NCBI GenBank assembly: GCA_034432395.1
Contig: DAOUBU010000109.1
Coordinates: 5,509-69,508, forward strand
Direction: 5' to 3'
Source of the DNA: Anaerolineae bacterium
Lineage (GTDB): Bacteria > Chloroflexota > Anaerolineae > Aggregatilineales > Phototrophicaceae
Length of the DNA stretch: 64,000 nucleotides
The position numbers and the translations under genes were made by a program. The notes beneath the pieces were generated by a model. It ran no database searches. It was given only the letters and a program-made list of their open reading frames with translations, and was not told the DNA's origin. Below, in pieces: positions 27,483-34,450 of the stretch (position 1 is its first letter; the number at the start of each line of letters is the position of its first letter).

Positions 27483-29999
27483 ATGACTCACACCATGCTG
27501 CGTCGCACCTTCATCGCGCTTGTCGTCGGTTTCGGTTTCACTTTCATCGGGCTGGGCGTCTGGCTGCTCGGCGCGCAGCCGACCAGCGCGCAGACCAACC
27601 CGGCATTTCACCCGCCTGTCACACTGCTCGATGCGCAGGGCGTGCCCGTCTACGAGTCGGGCGCGCCCGCCTCGACGATGACGACGTGCGGGACGTGCCA
27701 CGATACCGCGTTCATCGCTGCCACCAGCGGCCATGCGGACGGTGCGCTGCGCACTGTCGCGGTCGGCGTCGAGCCATCCGCCCCCGCTGAGCCTAGCGGC
27801 GTCGAGATCAACTGCTTCCTGTGTCATATGGCCGAGCCGGACAACGCGGCCCGGCTGGCGGCCATCGACGGGGGCCAGTCCGAATGGGCCAGCAGCGCGA
27901 CGCTGGCCACGACCGGTCTGATCGCGCCCGCAGATGATGGCTGGGCCTGGAACCGCGAGGCGTTCAACGCCGATGGCAGCGTGCCTTCCAGCGTGCTGGG
28001 CATTCAGGATCCGACCGATGCCAACTGCGGCGCGTGCCACGGCACTGTGCACACCGATGCGCAGACGCCCCTCGTGCTGGCCAGCGGTGACGCCGGCTGG
28101 GAGACCCTGCTGCGCGGGCAGGTGGTATCGCCGCAGCGCATCGCCAACAGCGGCCTGAATTTGGAGGATAAACCGGAACTGACCCGCGTCTGGGACGTGC
28201 ACGCCGAGCGCGTCGTCGGCTGCACCGACTGCCACTACGCGATCAACAACCCGGTGTACGACACCGAGCCGACGGGCAGCCGGCCCGCCCACCTGCTCTT
28301 CGACCCGCGGCGCATGGATTTCGGGGAATATCTGCACCGCCCGATGCACACCCTGGCCAATTCGACCGCCGCGCAGATGGCCGGCTTCGCTGGAGCGGAG
28401 CGCTCGTGCGCCTCGTGCCATGACGCTGCATCCACCCATACCTGGCTGCCCTACACGCAGCGTCATATGGACGTGCTGGCCTGCGAGACCTGCCACATCC
28501 CCGAACTGTACGCTCCGGCGCTGGAGCGCGTCGATTTCACCACCGTTCACGCGGACGGCACGCCGCTCATGGCCTATCGTGGGCTGGAGGGCGATCTGAT
28601 CACCGGCTTCCAGCCAGTGCTGCTGCCCGCCGAAGGCGTCGATGGCGGGATGCGCCTCTCCCCGTACAACCTGGTCAGCCGCTGGTACTGGGTGGACTCC
28701 AGCGGGACGCCGGTCAGCGCGGCGGACGTGCAGGCGGCCTGGCTGGTCGATGGCGCGTATGCGCCGGAGATCCTGACCGTGTTCGACGCCGATGGCAGCG
28801 GCACGCTGGATGAGACGGAACTCATGCTCGACACGCCGGCCAAGATCGATGCGATCGCGGCGCGGCTGGCCGCGCGCGGCATCGACAACCCGCACATCCG
28901 CGCCGACGTGCAGCCGTTCGCGCTGCATCACAACGTCATCGGCGGCCAGTGGGCGACCGGTGACTGCGCGACCTGCCACGCCGATCAATCGCGGCTGGCC
29001 GCGCCGATCGTGCTGACGTCGTTCACGCCCGGCGGCGTCGATCCGATCCTGGATGGCGGGCGGACGGATGGTGCGCTGGTCGGCTCGATCCAGCGGACGG
29101 ACGACGGCACGCTGCTGTATTACCCGGCGCTGGCCGCTGCACCGCCGAGCACCGATCTGGTCAACCTGTACGTGCTCGGCCATCATGACGTGGACTGGGT
29201 CAACCTGGCCGGCGTGCTGATGCTGCTGGGCGTGGCCGCCGGGGTCAGCGTGCATGGCGGGCTGCGCTACCTGAGCGCGCGCCGTCAGGCGGGGCATCTG
29301 TCCGCCGAGGTCAAACCGGTCTACATGTACACGGTGTACGAGCGCTTCTGGCACTGGATGCAGACGGTGGCCATCTTCGGGCTGCTGTTCACCGGCATCG
29401 TCATCCACATGCCGGATACGTTCAGCATGTTCAGTTTCCAGGCGATGGTGCTGATCCACAACGGCCTGGCCATCCTGCTGCTGATCAACGCGGCGCTGGC
29501 GCTGTTCTACCATCTGGCGAGCGGCGAGATCCGGCAGTTCCTGCCGCGCCCCTACGGCTTCTTCGATCAGATGTTCGCCCAGGCCAAGTACTACCTGTGG
29601 GGCATCTTCCGCGGTGAGCCGCATCCGTTCGCCAAGACGCCCGATCACAAGCTGAACCCGCTGCAGCAGCTCACGTATCTGGCCATCCTCAACGTGCTGC
29701 TGCCGCTGCAGGTCATCACCGGCATCCTGATGTGGGGTGCGCAGGAATTCCCGACCCTGACGGCGCAGCTCGGCGGGCTGGGCTTCCTGGCCCCGCTGCA
29801 CACGCTGGTGGCCTGGGCGTTCGCGTCGTTCATCGTCCTGCATGTCTACCTGACCACCACCGGGCACACGCCGCTGGCCAACATCAAGGCGATGATGCTC
29901 GGCTGGGATGAAGTCGAAACCGGTTCCCACACGTCCGGGGCGCATGCAGCGCCCGGCGCGGAGCCAACAGCATCTGGAGCACAGGGGGAGAAAGCATGA
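27483..29999 (+). CDS. Fusion protein: N-terminal heptahaem c-type cytochrome domain plus C-terminal membrane dihaem b-type cytochrome (FdnI/HydC, Ni_hydr_CYTB-like)
   Basis: Signal peptide and seven CXXCH motifs: CGTCH, CFLCH, CGACH, CTDCH, CASCH, CETCH, CATCH. An EF-hand-like loop DADGSGTLDETE lies at 28785-28820. The C-terminal roughly 230 aa have 4-5 TM helices with YERFWHW, VLIHNG, FYHL and PLHTLVAWAFASFIVLHVY histidines, typical of cytochrome b561/FdnI-type subunits. Confidence 0.85.
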   Translation: MTHTMLRRTFIALVVGFGFTFIGLGVWLLGAQPTSAQTNPAFHPPVTLLDAQGVPVYESGAPASTMTTCGTCHDTAFIAATSGHADGALRTVAVGVEPSAPAEPSGVEINCFLCHMAEPDNAARLAAIDGGQSEWASSATLATTGLIAPADDGWAWNREAFNADGSVPSSVLGIQDPTDANCGACHGTVHTDAQTPLVLASGDAGWETLLRGQVVSPQRIANSGLNLEDKPELTRVWDVHAERVVGCTDCHYAINNPVYDTEPTGSRPAHLLFDPRRMDFGEYLHRPMHTLANSTAAQMAGFAGAERSCASCHDAASTHTWLPYTQRHMDVLACETCHIPELYAPALERVDFTTVHADGTPLMAYRGLEGDLITGFQPVLLPAEGVDGGMRLSPYNLVSRWYWVDSSGTPVSAADVQAAWLVDGAYAPEILTVFDADGSGTLDETELMLDTPAKIDAIAARLAARGIDNPHIRADVQPFALHHNVIGGQWATGDCATCHADQSRLAAPIVLTSFTPGGVDPILDGGRTDGALVGSIQRTDDGTLLYYPALAAAPPSTDLVNLYVLGHHDVDWVNLAGVLMLLGVAAGVSVHGGLRYLSARRQAGHLSAEVKPVYMYTVYERFWHWMQTVAIFGLLFTGIVIHMPDTFSMFSFQAMVLIHNGLAILLLINAALALFYHLASGEIRQFLPRPYGFFDQMFAQAKYYLWGIFRGEPHPFAKTPDHKLNPLQQLTYLAILNVLLPLQVITGILMWGAQEFPTLTAQLGGLGFLAPLHTLVAWAFASFIVLHVYLTTTGHTPLANIKAMMLGWDEVETGSHTSGAHAAPGAEPTASGAQGEKA

Positions 30000-30571
30000 C
30001 CACACTCAATCCAACCAGTCCCACCGTCGGACGGGCCGGCGCCCAGACCCGCGTCCAGCGGGTCGAGCGGCCCTACATCAACCCGTACCTGGGCGGGATC
30101 CTGCTCGGCATCGTCCTGTTCCTGGCGTTCTTCATCACCGGCAATGGCCTGGGCGCATCGGGCGGCATGAACCGGATCCTGGTCTACGTTGAAGATCTGA
30201 TCGCGCCGGGGCACATCGACCGCGTGCGCTACCTGCTCGACATGGCGGGCGGCGACAAGAACCCGCTCGATAGCTGGGTGGTGTTCATCACCGTCGGCAC
30301 GATCCTGGGCGGCGCGTACAGCGGCTGGCGCAACGGACGCCTGAAGATGGAGATCAACAAAGGGCCGCGCATCAGCGGCCGCACCCGCCTGCTCATGGCA
30401 TTCATCGGCGGCGCGCTGATGGGGTACGGGGCGCGTCTGGCGCGCGGCTGCACCTCCGGTCAGGCGCTCAGCGGTGGCGCGGTGCTCTCGGTCGGAAGCT
30501 GGGCGTTCATGTTCGCGGTGTTCGCCGGCGCTTACGCACTGGCGTACTTCGTCCGCCGGCTGTGGACGTAA
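29996..30571 (+). CDS. YeeE/YedE-family sulfur-transport membrane protein (half-size, subunit 1)
   Basis: The ATG at 29996 overlaps the upstream stop (ATGA). Polytopic, with GNGLGASGG and ARGCTSGQALSGG motifs characteristic of the Sulf_transp (YeeE/YedE) family. Confidence 0.8.
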   Translation: MTTLNPTSPTVGRAGAQTRVQRVERPYINPYLGGILLGIVLFLAFFITGNGLGASGGMNRILVYVEDLIAPGHIDRVRYLLDMAGGDKNPLDSWVVFITVGTILGGAYSGWRNGRLKMEINKGPRISGRTRLLMAFIGGALMGYGARLARGCTSGQALSGGAVLSVGSWAFMFAVFAGAYALAYFVRRLWT

Positions 30572-30583
30572 GGGAGGGCGGCC

Positions 30584-31819
30584 ATGACTCCGTTTCCACT
30601 TGACCTGAATGCCATCCTCGGCCACTGGCCGTCGTACATCGTCTACGTGCTGATCGGCTTCGGTTTCGGCTACGTGCTGGAAAGCTCCGGTTTTGGCAAA
30701 TCGACCAAGCTGGCCGGTCAGTTCTACCTGCGCGAGATGACCGTGCTCAAGGTCATGTTCGGCGCCATCATCACCGCGATGATTGGCGTCTTCCTGACCT
30801 CGGCGCTGGGGCTGCTCGATTACAATCTGGTGTGGGTCAACCCGACCTACCTGTGGCCGGGGATCGTCGGCGGCCTGATCATGGGCGTCGGCTTCATCAT
30901 CGGCGGTTTCTGCCCCGGCACGTCGCTGGTCTCCGCCGCCACGCTCAAGCTCGACGGCATCCTGTTCGCCGCGGGGGTGTTCTTCGGCATCTTCGCCTTC
31001 GGCGAGACGGTCGGCCTGTATGAGGATTTCTGGTACTCGTCGTACATGGGGCGCTTCACCCTGCCGGAACTGTTCAACGTCGATACCGGCGTGGTCGTGC
31101 TCGGCGTGGTGCTGATGGCGCTGGCCGCCTTCGGGCTGGCGGAAGTGAGCGAGCGGGTCTTCGGCAAAGGGCTGATCCCGAAACAGCCGCGCTGGCGCTT
31201 CGGCGCGGCGGGCGTCCTGATCGCACTGGCCGTGGTCACGCTGGCGATCGGCCAGCCGACCAACGCTGACCGTCAGCAGTGGCTGGCGGAGGAGCAGGAG
31301 ACGGCCATCAGCGAGCGGCGCATCCAGATCCACCCGGCGGAGCTGCTCTCGTATCTGAACAACCGCATGGTCATCCCGTATCTGATCGACGTGCGCAGCG
31401 AGACGGATTTCAACAAGTTCCACCTGCCAGAGGCGCATCACGTGCCGCTCGATCGGGTGCTGGCGCTGGGGCCGCAGCTCAGTCTTCAGCCCGATAACAC
31501 GCTGTTCGTGATCATGAGCAACGATGAGACGGCGGCGACGCAGGCCTGGCGCATCCTGAACGCCGAGAGCGTGCCCAACCTGTACATCCTGGAGGGCGGG
31601 ATCAACCGCTGGATCGAGACGTTTGCCGATCCGGAGTTCGTCGCGGCGAACCGGATCGCCGGCGCCGCCGACGATCAGCTCGCCTTCCGCTTCGATGCCG
31701 CGCTGGGCGATCGTCAGCCGATGGCGCGGCCGTCCCCGGATGTCTTCGCCAACCTCGAATACGAGCCGCGCGTGACGCTGGTGCTCAAGCGCGGGGCGGG
31801 CGGCGGCGGCTGCGGCTGA
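30584..31819 (+). CDS. YeeE/YedE-family membrane protein (half-size, subunit 2) fused to a C-terminal rhodanese-fold domain
   Basis: GGGAGGG SD upstream. The N-terminal roughly 200 aa are polytopic with FGYVLESSGFG and GGFCPGTSLVSA. The C-terminal segment LIDVRSETDFNKFHLPEAHHVPL...LFVIMSNDETAATQAWRIL...LYILEGGINRW is a rhodanese fold with Ser in place of the catalytic Cys. The protein ends in GAGGGGCG. Confidence 0.8.
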   Translation: MTPFPLDLNAILGHWPSYIVYVLIGFGFGYVLESSGFGKSTKLAGQFYLREMTVLKVMFGAIITAMIGVFLTSALGLLDYNLVWVNPTYLWPGIVGGLIMGVGFIIGGFCPGTSLVSAATLKLDGILFAAGVFFGIFAFGETVGLYEDFWYSSYMGRFTLPELFNVDTGVVVLGVVLMALAAFGLAEVSERVFGKGLIPKQPRWRFGAAGVLIALAVVTLAIGQPTNADRQQWLAEEQETAISERRIQIHPAELLSYLNNRMVIPYLIDVRSETDFNKFHLPEAHHVPLDRVLALGPQLSLQPDNTLFVIMSNDETAATQAWRILNAESVPNLYILEGGINRWIETFADPEFVAANRIAGAADDQLAFRFDAALGDRQPMARPSPDVFANLEYEPRVTLVLKRGAGGGGCG

Positions 31820-31849
31820 CGTCCCGCTGACCACCCCGATAGGCCAACC

Positions 31850-31883
31850 GGGCCGGCTGTGCTCTCCGCGGTGCAGCCGGCCC
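31850..31883 (+). terminator. GC-rich hairpin after the haem/YeeE operon (possible terminator)
   Basis: 10-bp perfect stem GGGCCGGCTG (31850-31859) / CAGCCGGCCC (31874-31883) with a 14-nt loop, 31 nt after the stop. There is no immediate U-tract; an AT-rich stretch follows about 20 nt later. Confidence 0.35.
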
Positions 31884-31965
31884 AGTCGTTGATCGTCAAT
31901 CGGCAATTTTTAAATTGATGTTAAAATAAGTTTAAGAATTGTCGATAGCGCCGGAGGTGCGGACG

Positions 31966-32448
31966 ATGACGCTGGAAACGCAGTTCACGGCGGCACTGTA
32001 TCTGCTGCTGGCCGCATTTCTCAGTGCGGTGGTCGGTCTGGAGCGCGAGCACCGGCATAAAAACGCCGGGCTGCGCACGCATATTCTGGTCGGGGTCGGG
32101 GCGTGCCTGTTCACGCTGCTGTCGCTGTATGCGTTTCCGGGGTCGGAGACGGGGCGCATCGCCGCCAATATCGTCGTCGGCATCGGCTTTCTGGGCGCGG
32201 GGGTCATCTACCGCAGTCATGACCGCGTCCACGATCTGACCACGGCGGCCAGTATCTGGGTGACGGCGGCCATCGGCATGGCGGTCGGGACAGGGGCCTG
32301 GTTCCTGAGCATCGCGGCGGCGCTGCTGGTCTGGTTCATCCTGCGCGTGCTTTACCATATGCGCTCGCATGCGCAGGCCGGAAGCGTTCCCGCCGAGGGC
32401 AAAAACGCCCCGGGCGGCGCGCTCGTCAACAGCCCGGGCAGCGCGTGA
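31966..32448 (+). CDS. MgtC/SapB-family membrane protein
   Basis: Trimmed to the ATG at 31966, preceded by a [37 protein letters not shown] is the MgtC signature. Confidence 0.85.
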   Translation: MTLETQFTAALYLLLAAFLSAVVGLEREHRHKNAGLRTHILVGVGACLFTLLSLYAFPGSETGRIAANIVVGIGFLGAGVIYRSHDRVHDLTTAASIWVTAAIGMAVGTGAWFLSIAAALLVWFILRVLYHMRSHAQAGSVPAEGKNAPGGALVNSPGSA

Positions 32449-32531
32449 TGCGCCGGCTATCCTCGATCGCCGCGCCCGTCTCTGGTATCTTCTGATCCGT
32501 GATCGAGAGCACCCGGATCGCAGGAGAGGCC

Positions 32532-33284
32532 ATGCGCGAAATCGATATCCTCGGCGTGCGCACCCACGCCCAGCCGTTCGCCGCTGCGATCGCGACGCTG
32601 CTGGACTGGGCGCAGCAGCCGGTCGGGCGTTACGTCTCAACCTGTCCCGTCTACACGCTGATGCGGGCGGTGGAGGATGCGGATGTCCGGTCGGCGGTGA
32701 CGGGTGCGGATCTCATCACCGCCGACGGGATGCCAGTGGTCTGGTTGCAGCGGCGGCGCGGCGCGCCGGAGGCCGAGCGCGTTTACGGCCCGGATATCAT
32801 GCTGGCGCTGTGCGAGCGTGGCGTGCCGCTGGGGCTGCGGCATTACCTGCTCGGCGGCGTCGGCGATACCGCCGAACGGCTGGCCGCCGTCCTGCAGAGC
32901 CGGTTTCCGGGGCTGATCATCGCCGGGATGGCCTCGCCGATGGTCGCTGATCCGCCCCAGATCGATCCGGCGCTGGTCGCGCAGATCAAGGCGGCGCGCC
33001 CGCATGTCATCTGGGTCGGGTTCGGGTCGCCCAAACAGGATCGGTGGATGGCGGCGCACCGATCGACGCTGCCGGCGCTCATGATCGGGGTCGGGGCCGC
33101 GTTCGACCTACTGACGGGCCGCAAGAAGCAGGCCCCGCGCTGGATCCAGCGCAGCGGTCTGGAATGGCTGTATCGACTGGTGCAGGAACCGCGCCGGCTG
33201 TGGCGGCGCTACCTCGTTTACAATGCGCGCTTTCTGTGGCTGCTGGCGCGCCGCGGTGAATGGCGGCGCGGTCACGGCGCGTGA
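32532..33284 (+). CDS. WecB/TagA/CpsF-family glycosyltransferase
   Basis: Trimmed to the ATG at 32532, preceded by a GGAGAGG SD. Carries TADGMPVVW, GFGSPKQDRWM, GVGAAFD and GLEWLYRLVQEPRRLWRRY motifs. Confidence 0.85.
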   Translation: MREIDILGVRTHAQPFAAAIATLLDWAQQPVGRYVSTCPVYTLMRAVEDADVRSAVTGADLITADGMPVVWLQRRRGAPEAERVYGPDIMLALCERGVPLGLRHYLLGGVGDTAERLAAVLQSRFPGLIIAGMASPMVADPPQIDPALVAQIKAARPHVIWVGFGSPKQDRWMAAHRSTLPALMIGVGAAFDLLTGRKKQAPRWIQRSGLEWLYRLVQEPRRLWRRYLVYNARFLWLLARRGEWRRGHGA

Positions 33285-33425
33285 CCCGCTCAAGTTCCAT
33301 TCCCCTTCACTGTTAATAACCTGTCAGTTAACAAATTCGATGTATACTGAAGATCAGCGGCGATCGTGCTGATGCGATCGTCGGTACGATCATGCATTAT
33401 TTGTCTGAACTCATCTGGAGATGGT

Positions 33426-33947
33426 ATGGGACTGTTCTGGTACGTGCTGCAGAGCAAGCCGCGCAAAGAAGTCCAGGTACACCGTTATCTGCTGGAACGC
33501 GATATCGAGGTTTTCTTTCCGCACATTCACGTCAGGCCCGCCAACCCCCGCTCCTCGCCGATCCGCCCGTATTTTGCGCGGTATCTGTTCATCCAGGTCG
33601 ATTTCGATACGCTCAGCGCCAGCGCGCTGCGCTGGATGCCGGGCGTGCTCGGCCTGGTCGAATTCGGCGGCGAGCCGGCCATCATCCCGGATAACTACAT
33701 CTACGAGCTGCGCCGTCGGCTGGCCAGCCTGAAAGCGGTCGAGTTCGCCCGGATTGACGATTTCAAACGCGGCGAGCCGGTCACGATCACCAGCGGGCCG
33801 TTCGAAGGGCACGAGGCGATCTTCGATATGCGCCTGAGCGGGGAAGATCGGGCGCAGGTGCTGCTGCACTGGCTGGGGCGGCAGGTCAGGGTCACGGTCA
33901 GCGGGGGCGCGCTGCGGCGCAAGCCCGCGCGGCCAGCCGCCGGATAA
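33426..33947 (+). CDS. NusG-family specialised paralog (RfaH/LoaP/UpxY-like transcription antiterminator)
   Basis: Trimmed to the ATG at 33426. NGN-type N-terminus WYVLQSKPRKEVQVHRYLLERDIEVFFPHI and KOW motif GEPVTITSGPFEGHEAIFD. 173 aa. Located in a polysaccharide locus behind an AT-rich leader. Confidence 0.75.
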   Translation: MGLFWYVLQSKPRKEVQVHRYLLERDIEVFFPHIHVRPANPRSSPIRPYFARYLFIQVDFDTLSASALRWMPGVLGLVEFGGEPAIIPDNYIYELRRRLASLKAVEFARIDDFKRGEPVTITSGPFEGHEAIFDMRLSGEDRAQVLLHWLGRQVRVTVSGGALRRKPARPAAG

Positions 33948-33960
33948 CGGGAGCGGTTTT

Positions 33961-34446
33961 TCAGCGCGACCGGGGCAGCGGCAGCGTCCGCAGAATGCCG
34001 AGGCAGCCCAGGCGCACCAGTTGATAGGTGGCCTGGAAATCGCCGTTGGGAAACGGATCGGGCACTTCATCGACGCTGACCAGCCCGATCCGTTGGGCGG
34101 GCGCGAGGAACAGATCGACCGCGGCGGTCGTGCCCTGACGATGGCGCAGGATGAAATTGAGCACGCGCCGATCCATGGCGTAGACGTAATCGAACCGGTT
34201 GAGATCGTCGTATTCAAGCTGACGAGACAGGCTCGGGTGGGCGATGCCGTGCGCATCGAGCACGTCGAGGGTGCCGCTGCAGGCGGGTTCGCCGGGGTAC
34301 AGACAGGTAGTCCCGGCGGAGTCGATCAGCACCTGCTGATCGAGACCGGCCTCGTGCGCCATGCGCCGCATGACGGCTTCCGCCATCGGCGAACGCGCCA
34401 GGTTGGCGTAACACACGAACAGGATCGACAGCGGACGCGGCGGCAT
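33961..34446 (-). CDS. Low-molecular-weight protein-tyrosine phosphatase (Wzb-like)
   Basis: The P-loop ILFVCYANLARSPMAE is a CX5R(S) motif. A DP loop EVPDPF is present. 161 aa. It starts 5 nt after the stop of the TIR-like gene. Confidence 0.8.
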   Translation of the reverse strand: MPPRPLSILFVCYANLARSPMAEAVMRRMAHEAGLDQQVLIDSAGTTCLYPGEPACSGTLDVLDAHGIAHPSLSRQLEYDDLNRFDYVYAMDRRVLNFILRHRQGTTAAVDLFLAPAQRIGLVSVDEVPDPFPNGDFQATYQLVRLGCLGILRTLPLPRSR

Positions 34447-34450
34447 CCTT

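Noticed and set aside
27156-31906. Very long minus-strand ORFs (27156..30005, 949 aa; 29846..31906, 686 aa) covering the cytochrome/YeeE operon
   Set aside because: Their products are Arg/Gly/Asp/His/Pro-rich and low-complexity with no motifs. They run exactly antisense to plus-strand genes that have strong motifs (15 CXXCH, YeeE, rhodanese), proper SDs and coupled starts. They are typical stop-poor shadow frames of GC-rich DNA.
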